Of a stretch of DNA of 40,266 bases, positions 20,330 to 33,793 are shown piece by piece (within the stretch, counting starts at the first letter, position 1; each line of letters begins with the position of its first letter). The DNA is from Ionaspis alba (lineage: Eukaryota): contig CAXUUL010000064.1 in the NCBI GenBank assembly GCA_964255285.1, forward strand, positions 1-40,266. Direction: 5' to 3'. Under the pieces are notes generated by a model. That model made no database searches. It was not told the origin of the DNA and worked only from the letters and a program-made list of their open reading frames with translations. Both the position numbers and the translations under genes were made by a program.

Positions 20330-23300
20330 ATGCCTGCCCAACGCCCGGCAGCATCCTTCGATCCAATCCCCCCCGACCTCGATCTTCCCACACTGGTCGA
20401 AGAAACGCCAAATTTCGAGTACGTGGTGCGTATTTCGTGTGATATGATCGAGCACCAGGGAACGGACGCTTTCGAAAGACTTGTCCTAATCCACGTCATC
20501 CTTGGAGGTAAGCCTCTGATCGTCGATGGCTTTCACACTCGATTGGATCCATGGACTTTCACACCTCAGTGGCTGAGGGACAATTTTGGCAAGAAATGTA
20601 AGTAGGACTCTGCTCTGGCTGTTAGACAAAGAAAACTGACAGTTCTAGTCGAGCAAGCACGGAACCTCACGAAACGAGAGAATATGCCTCTGTCAATCGA
20701 TCACTATCTCAAAAACCTACCACTTCTTACCAACCAATGGAATCCCTACAACTACCGAGAGCCTAACAGACAACGAATTTACATGAAAGACATCGACTGC
20801 CCCCAGGTCTGGCATGATAAACTTAAGGAGACAATTCCTCCTGCCGTCTTCTACTTAAATGAGAGTACCGGCCAAATTGCGGGACCCGGTTCTTCCGAAG
20901 AACTGAGTCTTCCAGGCTCAGTGGCGCACAGAAGTCGGGGCGTTGCTAGGGCCGGAGATCTCATGAGCTGTCTGCCTCGGTCCATGCGTGCAGACAACCT
21001 GATGTGCTACATTGGGCACGAAGGAACATACACGCCAGCACACCGAGAGATGTGTGCCAGTCTCGGGCAGAACATCATGGTGGAAGCTTCAGGTACCGGA
21101 AGCGAGGATGGCCAGACAGTCAGACCCGGATCGTCTATCTGGTTCATGACGGAAACGAAGGATAGACACCTTGTCTCAGAGTATTGGTTGTCCACACTTG
21201 GTCACGATATCGAGGTAGAATCGCACTTTGCGCAACTCAATGCATGGAAAGCAGCGCCATTCACGACGTACATCGCAGAGCAGAAAGTTGGTGACTTTCT
21301 ATTGATCCCGCCCTTGGCTCCGCATCAAGTTTGGAATCGAGGTACAAGAACTATGAAGGTGGCATGGAACAGGACCACTGTTGAGACTCTCGAATTGGCG
21401 CTGAGCGAAGCACTACCACGCGCAAGGATGGTGTGCAGGGATGAGCAATATAAGAATAAAGCCATCGTCCTATTTTCCTTACAGAAATATTCCGAGCTCC
21501 TGAGACAACTTGATTCATTGAAAAGGTCGACCTCCGACTCCGAAAAGCTCGCCAGACTTACAGAGGGGCGCAAAATCTGCCAATTGCAGAAAGACTTCCA
21601 AAGACTATTCTCACTTTATACAGAGATACTCATATCGGAAAGGTTCGCTTCGAATGCACCTCCGGAAAGGAAGACTCAGTATCTTCCTTTTGATAGTAAC
21701 ATTACTTGTTCCTACTGTCGATGCAACATTTTCAACCGCTTCTTGACATGCACAACCTGCGTCATTCCATCGGAGAATGGTCAGGAAGATACTTACGACA
21801 TCTGTATGGATTGTTTTGTCATGGGCCGTAGTTGCCATTGCTTATCAAGATACAAATGGGCCGAACAATTTCCTTGGCAAGATCTTGTCGAGAAACACCA
21901 TCTTTGGAGGGGACAGATCCTAGGCTTCGCTCGTACAACCAAGGACAAAATGCCACTCTCACTAGATGAGGAGAGGGAGAAGCTCAACAAAAAGACATTG
22001 GCGGAAATATGTCAAGAACAGCTCAAGGTCCGCCCGTGGCGAGATCCCAAAAAGGCGCTCACTCCTGAGGCCGAGGAAATTCCGCTCATCGAAGAAGAAG
22101 CTGAACTCCATGATGATGGCTCAGTCAAGAAAAAGCCCAAGAAGCGTCGATCTGAGAAATGGCTCAAGGAGAACACCGCCTGCCACATCTGTCGGAGGAT
22201 GACGCCTAATTGGAAACAGGCGATCTGCAAGTGTGGCTTTGCCTATTGCTACGGCAGTCTATGGCGAGGATTCGATATGATGCCGCAGAGTGTCATGGAA
22301 ATGCGCGATTGGAAGTGCCCTCGATGTCTCAAAATTTGTTCGTGTACTGCTTGCCTCAGAGATCCTAAGATGAAGGCTTTCGAGCCCAATGGTACAATAC
22401 TAGGACATGACACGAAGAAGTTTGCGGATCCAAGGAGTGTGGAGAGCCTAGTCGACTTCAGTCATTCTAACATGCACTGGGTTAAGAAGGCTGGCGATGA
22501 CCATCCTCACGAGACTCGGCGCTTACGAAGACGACAAGACGAAGCCGCCAATGCTAAATCCGAAGTTCCAAACCTTGACGACAACTACGTCCAGGACGAT
22601 CTGACTACAGCGCCGCTGAATGAGAAAGACAATCATCACGTCGATATGCCTCTCGACCCTCTTCTGACTACAGACGCTACTTCAATGCCTACTCTTCCAA
22701 ACGCGTCCAATGCTCGAGGTGGTCTGCTTCCTCGTGAGGCACAGCATGATCCATTTCCGACCCAAATGGCGTTGGACAAGGTCCCGGAAGCGAAGATGGG
22801 AATTGAGAAGCTATGTGGAGTGTCGCCAATAAGAAAAGCAGCTTTGGATGCCTCGAGTGCTATAAGCCGCTTGGAACAGGACCCACAAGCTTTTGTGTCA
22901 GAAGCGGGTCTTGATCAAGACTATCACGGTAGCTATGGGCCCCTCTCGGGGATTATGACATACAACGACCATCGCCAGCATTCGTCAACCCTTACTTCTC
23001 CCGACGGTATTAATTACGAGTACCCGGACCCTACGCTCCCGCAGCTAGGCCTCCTCTCTCGTCAGCCCCCACACTCTCACGCACAAGCAGATCAAGGCAT
23101 TCCGAACCAACTCCATATGGGTATAAAACGTAAAAGGGCACTCGACCGTCCTATGATTCTTAGTGACCTGCCACCTCTACCCGAGTCAAACACGATGAAG
23201 AAGAGCCAATCAACGACGAGTTCAAAGGCCGCGAAAAGAGACGAATCTAAGCTCATTAATTCCAGCATACTCACAACTGGATTGAAGAAGAGTCTGATAG

Positions 23301-24256
23301 TGAAGTTGAAGACGGGGTCAATCTGCAACCCGAGAGTCATGGACAGTGCAATATCTCAGCAGCCCCTTGCTCATGGTGAAACACAACCTGCTAGCAACGT
23401 CGAGTCGACGAACATCATCGAGTCGGATTTACCCTTGGCATCGCTCGACGGTTCCTCACCTGCGTCTAAACCGCGGAAGAAGAGACGTCGAAAGGTAGAT
23501 ACTGATGAAGATTTTCGATTGCGTAAGCCGCATCGCAGATCATCAGCTACTGGGACTCGGCCTGAGAAATCTATACGTTTGAAGTCGCCCTCACTAGATT
23601 CATCAAGTTCTGAAATGGAAGATGTGATGGGGACTCTTGAGGTGTCCAATCTTCGCATTTCGACTTCTGCGCGCAGACCTCTACCCGGTTACCTGGCTAG
23701 GAGAAGTCCTGTAGATGAGTCTCATCTACCTAAAGAATTATCCGGAAGGCCTAGCTTTGGAGCACCACGCAAAAGCCTAGTCGGCTACCCGAATGCTCAC
23801 ACTTCGGCTTTGGATGAAAATGAACAATCTCTACGAGCCACCCCGGATAGCCCCGTTATGGGGAGTTCTGATGAGCATGCTATCGCTGGAGAAGAGCTCA
23901 AAAATGGTGCCTCTGTAGACCATGCAGGCTCTAAGAACGACCTTCATGAGCTACCTAGGATCAATGCTATAGCTGCAAACCGCGAAGCAAAGCTGCGCGC
24001 AATGAGAGGGGAAGAACTTGACTTTAGTGACAATACTTCTGACTCAGACTCGGGGGCTAACAGGCTTGAAAATACACCTCCTATTCGTTACGATACTGAA
24101 AGTAAGAGATCCAAAATATCATCCGTAGGCAAGGCCACCCGAGTGCCTGCCAAGACATCATCCAGTACTTCGCATGCTCGGGCAAGAGAGTCGATCTTTG
24201 CAAGGGTAAAGTCGGGGAAGATTAAGATCACCTCCGCCAAAACTAGCACGACTTGA
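20330..24256 (+). CDS. dmm-1: JmjC-domain protein with Cys-rich zinc fingers, DMM-1-like chromatin regulator (1291 aa; exons 20330-20597, 20649-24256)
   Basis: JmjC Fe-binding triad HxE (GTYTPAHREM, 21041) ...H (APHQVWN, 21323). Two Cys clusters, the second CHIC..CKC..C..CPRC..CSCTAC (zf-4CXXC_R1-like). Intron 20598-20648 GTAAGT..CTGAC..TAG. Orthology to Neurospora DMM-1 is inferred from architecture only. Confidence 0.88.
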
Positions 24257-25082
24257 GGGACGCTCCAGGGACATTGCTAAGGTACTTCGTGGATAAAGGG
24301 GCATTTATTTCTGCTTTGGTGGTCCTTCTAGTTTCTGCAAATCACAGCACTTGGCTAGGGAACTAGGAAGGTAAGAGGGGTTCTGCATGAGATGCCCGTG
24401 ATAGGGAACATGTCGATATCAATATCCTTGCACATATGGCCGGAGCAACCACCCCAATGAAGAATGTCATTGCGAAAATTGAGGCTCTGTAAGCGGGGAC
24501 CTGCTTGTTTTACAAGCATGGTTTGGTCGCTGTACGATATAACGTCTTGTAATCTTTGAATCTTTCTCAAGATGTCCTATGAAGAGACTCGCATCCGTGC
24601 TAAATGCAATGTAAGAGTTCGAAGACTACTTCCAACATTCTATGTCCTTGTCTCAGTCTTCTCATGACAAAGTGCCTTGCTCCCTAGGGCTCTTGCGAAG
24701 GCCGACGACCGAAACATCCAGATTGCCGGGCAAGGCATCCAACGTACGGAACACGGACGATTCGAACGCTCGGTCGATTGATCGGTCAATTCCAGGTCAC
24801 TTCTCCGGTTACACATTTTTATACTCGAGCACGTTCTGCCAAATTTCGTAATCAAGCGAGCCTCAAAAGTAAGAAAACCCTGTGACGCTATGTACTTGGT
24901 ACTAACTCATGGTCAACGCAGATCCTAGGTACCCCTAGTCGACCTTCGATGATTCCTACATGTGAGACGTATGTGCAGTATAGGCCGTTCGTATAAAATT
25001 CCCCGGCCGTACATCAGCTGTCAATACACTGTCTTCTTGGAAATAACAATCTTGTCGCCGATCCGATTAGATAGGATCTGTT

Positions 25083-26926
25083 TCAAACATTTTCTGTAAC
25101 ATAGCCACTTCTGCTTCTCAGCACCTTCCCGTACTTGAAGAACACCCAGGGGATGGGCATTAATAACAAGCTTATGAATGCAAAAAGAGTTCCCGCCCCA
25201 CTAATGCCTAAGGCTTCATACATCTGGACAGTGAATAGAGGGAACACTGCACCAAATGTATACCGTATGATTCCATTTGCCGCAAGCGCTGAGGCAGACG
25301 CAGTTGACTGATAGACATCGACTAGGTAGACAGCAGAGGAGAGCTGTCGCATGGAGCCAGGTATATTAGTAAGAAGAAAAAGGAAGGTGAGTTCTTAGGG
25401 TTAGAACATACAAAGATGCAGAGAGTTCCCCATCCGAATGGAACGCCAGAAAGAACTGGGACAATCCAATGAACATCCGCTCTCGCAGTCCACGCAAACC
25501 TAGATCGCATTTTAATTCCAAAGAACGGGTAGGCTAGGGTTCTAATTACCAGAACAGTCCGGTGGGAAGTAGGACACTTCCCAATAGAGCAGCGTAGAGT
25601 CTATGCTCTGGGGCTGGAACACCTTTCGTCTTCAAAGCAGCTTTTGAGTATAAAGTCTTGTCGATAACGCCAAACGTTATTACTGCTAGTGAGAAACCGC
25701 CAAGAAGGCTAAGAAAGGCCAACCCTGTGCTTTTCGAATCAAAATGATAGATGGTTGCAAAGACATAAGGAAAGCTGCCAAAGAAGCCGAACATCATGGC
25801 GAAGGCAAAACCAGTGTATATGGAGAGGTGAGCAACAAGAGGCTCTGTGCACACCATGCTTATCGGACGCGCGATGCCCGCGATGAATTTTCGAGTGGTT
25901 CTTACAGAGGCTATTGGAGTCGTCGAACAGTAGGTAGAGGCTTTGTTGACATGGTGGAGTAAAATCTGAGTTTCGGACGTCTCTTTCATGAAGAGAGAAG
26001 CAACGAAAACGGGCATCGCAATCATCAAAATGACCCACATGGTATACCGCCAATCGTTGTGATACTCGGCGATTATGTATGCACCGATGAGAGGGCCTTG
26101 GTCGAATTCCATCAGTGGCAGCTCAACCCCAAAGCATTCGATTGAGGGCATACCTAACGTGGGACCAAGAAAAGGTGAAAGCGCAAATAAAAGGGAGGGA
26201 GGCCCGGCTGAGCATGATTAGTTCTTCAATACAAAGCTTCGCTTGTGGTTATCGTAACATACAGTCTTTGGGACGCCAGATATCGGCGATAGTCCCTGGT
26301 CAAGCAGCGTCAAATTGAATGCTCGAAGGCCACAAGAAGTGATTTACTCACCTGCCCCAATAGCGAGAGCGGCAGATCCTCCAATGCCAGCGAGGAATCT
26401 AAATATTATTATTGTCTCTATGTTCTCAGCGCACCCCGCGCCAAATGTTAATGCCATTAGCAGCGGCAATGTGCTTAAGTAAATTGGTCGTCGACCGAAG
26501 ATTTCAGACATCGGAGCAGCCAGTAGCGGTCCGAAGCCGACGCCAAGAGTATACAGAGAGAGAGGGAGGATGGAAATCTCATGGTTTGCTCCGAATTCTG
26601 CTTGAATGAAAGGGATGGCAGGCACATAGACCGAGCTGCTGACAGTTCTGTAACAGGTTGATCAGTACGCAGCACACAGATGACCATCACACTACTTGGA
26701 CTCACATGACAAAGCCGAAGAGAGCAGGAACAGCGGTGTGGAAGATCCGGCTAGGAAATGTCCAATTCTTGGGGTTGTTTGGATCGGTCGAGTAATCCCA
26801 AACCAATGGCTTCCTCAACTCGCTTTCGCGCGCAGTCCACGAGTACAGACGCCGTCGATCACGCCCGTGCATGTACACAGGAGATGGTGCAGAGACTTCG
26901 TAATAAGCATTTCGTTCTTCGTCCAT
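25083..26926 (-). CDS. MFS transporter, DHA1 family (499 aa; exons 26926-26706, 26647-26352, 26295-26263, 26207-26154, 26096-25550, 25499-25412, 25343-25083)
   Basis: WDYSTDPNNPKNW, GPLLAAPMSEIFGRR, GAGTIADIW, PFLGPTLGPLIG, WRYTMW, PEHRL and SASALAANGIIRY. Six GT-AG introns give 1500 nt in frame. Confidence 0.93.
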
Positions 26927-27698
26927 GGCAGCTTGAGATATGATACACGAGGCTACAAAGCCAATTGCAGTGATTGCAGTAAAATGAAGGCGAGAGGTAG
27001 AAAGGGAATTTCAGAAGTAGTGGCGAAGGAACAGCAAGAATAGAAGCAGGACAAGGAAAAATCCTTTATCGCGAATCGTTTATGAGAAGTAGTTGTGACC
27101 CTGGCTGCCATAAATCACCTGGTTCTCAGAGGCTCCAGGGCACACGAGGCCAAAGTAGCCTCTGCTGGTGATTCACTGAACACTGTGTGCAATAGCGCGT
27201 GGAGACATTCTCCGGTCAATCTAGAGATCCATCACCGGTAGATGTTCGTCGTGAAGGAAAGAGTGAATGCTCGTTGTCATTGCTCATAGACATCCCCGGC
27301 GCAGAAGTGCTGGTACTTGGCGGCGATGGGATGAGCGGGGGGTAAAGACTTGATATCAAATACCACGTACGAGTTGGTAAATTAGGAAAGGTAGTATAGA
27401 TGTAAAGGAGGAACAGAGAGCATTAGTTGAAGCCAGCCTCGATGTGAAGTTGCCCGAAGTCACGAAACAGTGTGCCAGGCCAAGGTTCATATTTCACCTA
27501 GACACCGCCAATGCGTAGGCTTTTGTGGTCATCAAGATTGTAGCTCGAGAACATCCTTTTCACTCTGAATAGGCACCGAGCCACGGATCTTTGCTCTAGC
27601 AAGAGTCTGGGAATTCTATTTTTGCTGCACAGTACAGCACACATGTACCCCAACCCGGCCATTGGTAGCGATAATCGTTGTCTCCAACACGAATACAT

Positions 27699-28978
27699 TC
27701 ATTTCGTGGTATATCCAACCTCTGCTAGCCCTTCCTTTAAGGCTTGCAGTGCCTTGTCGATGTCGCCTCTGTTCTCATCCGTTACGCTCACGCCCATATG
27801 GCCGAATCTGATGTACTTCGCCGCGATCTCTCGATGCAAGCCGCCAGCAAAGATTACACCTCGTTTGAGTAAGTGCGGTAGGATCTCGGGCGGCTTCACA
27901 CCATCCGGGAGATAAATCGCCGTCATACCATTCGCTTGGTTCTCCGGCTTTGTTGCTAGCTGTGTCAAGCCGAGTGAAGTTACGGCTTCCTTGACCCGTA
28001 ACGAGGCTTTCCGGTGTGCCGCAAATCGTTCCGACAGCGGTCGGGCTAGTATTTGGGTGAGAGTGGTATGTAGGGCGTGTATGAGGTGCGGCGATGGTGT
28101 TGCGAAGTAGGATGGCTTCTTCGCTTCATAATTCTGCATTACTGTACACGACAAAGCGTTCCTGTTTAGTATGACTTTCCTCGAATGTAGTAGAATTGCT
28201 TAAGACATACTAGGCAACCAGTTTTTGAACGACGCGAAATAAGAACTCGGGTTCGTTTTCCGCTTCTGAAAAGTCTCGATGGCACGACCGGAGCACATCA
28301 TGATGCACAGACCGGCTGGACAACCAATGCCTTTCTGGCTGGCGGTAAGAACGACGTCGATAGCCCAATCGTCGAAGCAGATTTCCTCACTCCCGACGCT
28401 GCAAACACCGTCAACAACGACGAGCGTGTCGGGGCTGACTCGATGAACCAGCTCGGAGAGTGCCTGGATCTCACTGAGGACACCGGTCGAGGTATCAACA
28501 TGTGTAACGGTGATCAATCTGTATTTCCTCTCCCTCAAGGCCTTCTCCACTTCGGGCAACTGCGGCCTCTCTCCAATGGGAGCTTTCAACTGTGTGGCAT
28601 GGACTCCGTACGTCTCGAAGCAATCGGCAAAAGAGTCGGCGAAGTAACCGGTGTGGAGCACTAGGACATCATCACCTCGCTCCGCGAGGTTGGCCGCAAC
28701 CATGTCCCAGCCCAATGTGCCGCTACCTGATATGACAAATGGCTGTGAGTCCGGGGCTGTGGTCTGGAAGAGTTGGCGAAGCATAGAGAGGGCGTCGCCG
28801 AAGGTAGCCACAAATGGAGCACCGACATGGGATTCGCTGTGTGCTGTTAGCTTTCACTGCGTCCAGGATAGGAGATGAGACTCGAGGACCTGTAATGGCT
28901 CATTGACTGTAGGACGGCATCGTCGAATTCGATAGGACCGGGAATCAATAGCGTAGGGTGGTCTTTCTGACTCGACAT
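27699..28978 (-). CDS. AGX1: Alanine-glyoxylate aminotransferase, class V PLP enzyme (385 aa from ATG 28978; exons 28978-28890, 28836-28211, 28141-27699); the frame stays open upstream to the gap at 29167
   Basis: LLIPGP, SGSGTLGWD, THVDTSTGV, VVDGVCS, TASQK (PLP lysine), YFATP and RFGHMG. Confidence 0.95.
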
Positions 28979-29167
28979 TTCGGCGGACTTGCTGCGCTTC
29001 GTGTCGTTTGTAGATAAAGATCTGGAAAGTGGAGTGTATGGGATGTCGTCCTGAGGCTCGGATTGCCTTTCGGTAGAGAAGAGAGTATTGATCTGGAGCA
29101 CTGGTCTCTGTTCGAGATGCCTCGAGATCAGGCTCAGTCTGGCACGTGGGGAAGCCAGGGCTAATGG

Positions 29168-29267
29168 NNNNNNNNNNNNNNNNNNNNNNNNNNNNNNNNN
29201 NNNNNNNNNNNNNNNNNNNNNNNNNNNNNNNNNNNNNNNNNNNNNNNNNNNNNNNNNNNNNNNNNNN
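29168..29267. other. Assembly gap (100 N)
   Basis: Run of N; it interrupts the 5' extension of AGX1. Confidence 1.
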
Positions 29268-30228
29268 GGGGTTGACAGGCCCATCGGCAAATAAGGTCGA
29301 GGGAGAAATCGAAGCCACTGTTTATGACGAAGGATCAGCCGAATCGGAATGTCAAATCACAGTTGGCACCAGTCGCAACATTTGCTTCTGTCAATACATC
29401 TAGAAGCTGAAACTGGTCTCATAGGTTTATGGACAATTGATACCTGCTTATTCTCACTATCCTCCTTTCGCGACGTACGACAGGGATCTCGAACAAAGTC
29501 GGCAAAAAACCTTCACTATACACGCCCGGCTAACGACGACAACGGAGAGACTGGCTTATATACTAATTTAGAGGCATACACTTCATTTCACGTCAGATAG
29601 CTATTTGATGGTAGTCAAAGTGACCCATCAATCGACTGCGCGTACAAATCGGGGGTTTGATTGTAGCATTGGAGCGGTAGTCGTAGAGCTAGTTGCAAGC
29701 TCTGCATTTGCCCCCCGCCATACACTTTCCTTCTGTCACACTCCGGCTCCTCTGTATACGCAGGATACCACATTCACCTCAATGAGTCCACGGATATAAA
29801 GTGAATACTACCCCTATATGGGGCCCCCACGTTCCGACTGCTGGCTCGTGATGACCACACAGCTGACAGTCCCATCCAATCCGTCCCCCGACTCCGCCTT
29901 GTTTTGTACACCTGCCCAACTATGTTTGATCGCCACGTTGGAGCTCGAAAGCATCCTTGCTGCTCATGCAACAAGCGTCGGAAAGCGCAGGTGTATCCTG
30001 GACCTTTTGACCAACGCCTCTCGCTATGCGGCACGAAAACATCATGATATATGTGCACTCTGTCGCCATGCAATTCGGCCGTAAGAGTAGAGACGACTAC
30101 GCTGATGCCACTAATGAGATGACTCCTTGAGTATATGCCAAATAAACTGTGAGCAAGTTGATATACCGTGTCTGCCCAGGTCAAGGCCTGGACTCCAAGT
30201 AGTGAGCCCGTGCTTGCTGGAAGGAGTT

Positions 30229-33200
30229 TCATGCCTTGGCCTCGTCACCAGTATCTAGCGGCACCGCTGTTGGAAGCCCGTGTTGAGAAGTCATGTGCTG
30301 ATGGTGTGGATGGGGGAGTTGGGCATAGCTATTACTTGGGGTACGATGAGGCTGATGTGGGAAGTGATGCTGCGGATATGGACTTTGTGCATAATGAGGC
30401 TGAGGTGAGCCGAAACTCCCTCCTCGCATTGAAGTCACTGTCGTTTCAGTAAGCAAATGATGTATGACTAAATCACTTTGAAGGCTTACTGTGAGTTGGG
30501 GCTTGCTGAGCATATATTGGCTGTCCATATTGACCGGCGGTCATGTACATTGGCTGATGCTGTCCTTGATGCGAACCTTGATGCACCATCATTGGTGCTC
30601 CACGCCCTGGACTCGGATAGCCACTTGGAGGTTGGGATGGTCCAGCATAGGACTGAGGTACAGTCCCTGGGTACATTCCCATTGGGGGATTGAAAGGCAC
30701 GGTCATCGGCTGCGGCATCCCCATGAACCCGGATCCTGAGGGCTGTTGCACCATCACGGGGGCTGCCAGATGTGCCCCTTGGGGTGGTACGATCTGCGAT
30801 GCGCCGGAAAATTGCCGAAAAGTTGCTGGTTGAGGGCCATTAGGGCCCATCACATACTGAGGAACAGATTGGCCGTAGGCAAGTTGAGCGTGATGACCCA
30901 TAGGCGATGGATACGCTAGATGAGTATTCTGCATCCGCGGAGATGGCGCTGGATAGACAGATGATGACGATGCAGATGGACGCATAAAATGGTCACCATA
31001 GTGTGGTTGGTTCTGAGGAAATTGTTGGGGATGAGAATATGCTGCATGCTGGATTTGGTGTGTTGCATGAACTTGAGGTGCACCTTGGGGCCCACTCTGC
31101 AGATGAAGAGGCAGCTGATGCTGATGCGCCAACGACGCCATCGTGGGAGGGCTATGGGGTGGAACTATCGTACTACTGGCCGGCTGAGGAGTGTCAAACA
31201 TATCCTTGTAGGACTTGAACTCATCGGGTTTCTTCGGGGGACCCCAGGTCGGAGGTGTACGATATGCGGGTTTGATGCCTCCATTTGCAGAAATCTCCTT
31301 GGCTTTGGAGTCGTGCTCAGCCTCTGTTGCAAGATGCTTCAGGATGTTGAAGTGATCGAGGATGGATGGTCGATCAGCAGGGGGGAGCGGTTTTCGGTTC
31401 CCAAAGAATGCCGACGGACTCGCCGCGCGTGAAATGGATCGCGCGTTGGCTTCGGGCCTTGGACTCGAGGCACTGCTAGCGTTCGTAGCGGGTTGGAACA
31501 TGCTTGCAGTCGGATTTGGTTTGAATGTTGTTGCATTGACGTTAAATTTGGCCGACGTGGTCGATGTTGGGCTTCTCACTCCACTAGGTTTTTGAGGACT
31601 GGAGAACCCACTGCCATATGCTGCAGGCCGAGTTGGTGGAATACGGGCGTCTTGAATAGGCAAAGGGTTTGGAACTTGGGTTGGAATGCCTACTTTGTGA
31701 AGGCGATGAGTTTCCGCTAGACGATGACTCAGGAGACCTTGTCCAGTTTGACTGCCCTGATCCGATGGGCGTGATGTCTGATTGCGATCCCTAACAGATG
31801 GACTTGCTTGAGAAGACTGATGATTGCCTCGTGATCGTATCTGTTGAGTCGGGTCGAGTGTGACAGTGGAAGGATCACCATCATTTGGAGTAGATGCCAA
31901 TCGTCGAGTGGAGTTAACATCTACAGTAGGCAGCGTTTTGCTGGGAGACTCGATGGCAGATTCAGCGTTCCTCTGTGCCTTTTTGACGATCTCCTCTTGT
32001 TTGGTTTTATCCTTTGCCAGGATCGGTACCAAGTCCTTCGGAACCGGGGTGAGCAGCTTGAAGTTCTTTGCAAATTTCATGAGATCGTTCAACTTGACAG
32101 CTTTGTCGGCCGACGCACGGTGCCGACGGTTATCCTGAACTCTCATCTTCTCCGTGTTTGCGAATTGTCGGAATGAGTCCAGCAATTCTACCTCAACATT
32201 CTCAGTCGCGCCTGACTTCTGGTTTCCTACTTTGCCAGGAGCAAGCGATAAGGCGGGCTTAGAAGACGCGGTTTTGCCAGCTGAACTCTTCTTGACTTGC
32301 TCCGTTGGAACCTCTTTTGGTGCCTCGGATTCGTTTTTCGGTGCGGCCGGTCTATCCCCTGCTACCGATGCCTCCTGTGGCTTGCTACCTGGACGGGCTA
32401 TTTGAGCAGAGATGATCGCCGGATCCATAGCTGCTGGCCTGCGAGCTGGTGGCATATACTTGTTTGGCTGATTTGTTTGCAGGGCTGGGTATTCTTGGCC
32501 GCTTCGATGAACACCACTATACCTAGATTTGAAGTCGTGGTTAGTGAAATAGTCGATATTTGCATACACGATGAACAGACTTCTCTTCTTCCCCAGTACC
32601 GTCATCGTCTTCTGGTAAGCCACGCTCTTCTCTTATGTGAGCATTAGAAGAAGTATCAGCTACTATTTCCCGAGAGATCCTCTCCGCTTCAAGCTCACGC
32701 ATGCGATACAAAGGACCAGATCGATCAATCTTTGTGGTATAGATGGTTTCGTCGTAGTCACTCCTTAGCCCAAAACGCTGTTCATTAGCTTCGAATTGAT
32801 CCCATTCACCAGCGCATTCCATTGACATGTCGATCTCCGTCGTTGACGGAGCCTCCCATTTTTGTAGGTCACGGTTACGAGGGTTAAGATTTCCAGAAAT
32901 GTCGGCATCAGTACGAAAGCCTTGGACAGTGCCTACGAGAGTAGTGAGTGAAAGTCAACCAGATGAGTAGACGTTTATGCATACCGTTCTGAACTGTCGT
33001 GACGACTTCTGGCACGTTGGCAACGGCCAAACCGAGCACGTCCGAGGTGTGGAAGACCATTGAATGATCAGATCCGGTACCAATGTACTCATCCTCAGAA
33101 TCATTGCCGTTGACCTCATCTTTTGAGCTTAGAGATCCTCTGCGAACCATCTTGAGGAGGTAGATTGAATCGTTGGTTTCCAAGCCTGCGAAAATGCCGG

Positions 33201-33793
33201 AGAAGAATTCATTGTATCTTGTGGTGACAGTGACAGGAAGTCCCTAACCTCAGATTAGCTGGTGCTGCTGCGACTGGACAAATCTTGGATCTCATACAAT
33301 CATACTGGCCAGAAGCCAAGTTTGACGGTCATTTGAATCGCCAACCGCATTGCTAGAGTCTGGTATGGTAGAGTTCCTCTGGGAGGATGATCTACTCGAA
33401 GATACCGTACCGTTTGTTTGGGAAGGCGTATTAGCTCGCTGCGTGATTGGATTCATCCCTGTCCATGCTTTCTGAGTTGGACGCCTGTAACAGAGAGTTA
33501 ACAAATGTGACAGAAAAAGGGTAGCGGTTTCTCCGGTAGTACGACGATTGCCTCCACCGAAAAGTGGTATGGCAACAACAAGCAATACCTTGTAGATGAG
33601 TGGATATGACTGAAGGGAGAGAAGGAACTTACCTGGGTTCTTCAGAAGAGCCAGCAGGCTTGCGTGATCCGTCAGTCATTTTTGAACCAGAAAAGGTTTT
33701 TATCTGCTGCGACTGCTGCCCGGGCCCAGTCAATCTGGGAACAGAGCCATTGCCATCGATAAGAGGAGCTCCATTCAGATTCGGTGCCGCCAT
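30229..33793 (-). CDS. PBP1: Poly(A)-binding-protein-binding protein / ataxin-2 homolog (1066 aa; exons 33793-33633, 33484-33298, 33243-32985, 32932-32581, 32522-30490, 30437-30229)
   Basis: LSm domain (GLPVTVTT..FSGIF..YLLKMV), LsmAD (FRTDADIS..WDQFEANEQRFGLRSDYDETIYTT..HIREERG..EEEKYSGV), PAM2-like AKFNVNATTFKP and a Q/P/H/M-rich tail. Five GT-AG introns keep the frame. Confidence 0.95.

Noticed and set aside
24673..24737. 10-bp stem TGCCTTGCTC/GGGCAAGGCA between convergent genes
   Set aside because: A single stem with a long loop and no supporting RNA motifs; plausible by chance.
25395..25404. TTAGGGTTAG telomere-like / telomerase-template-like 10-mer
   Set aside because: Lies inside the last intron of the MFS gene next to the donor site; a single short match is compatible with chance.
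28847..29403. ORFs spanning the N run
   Set aside because: Frames across a placeholder gap of unknown true length are artefacts.
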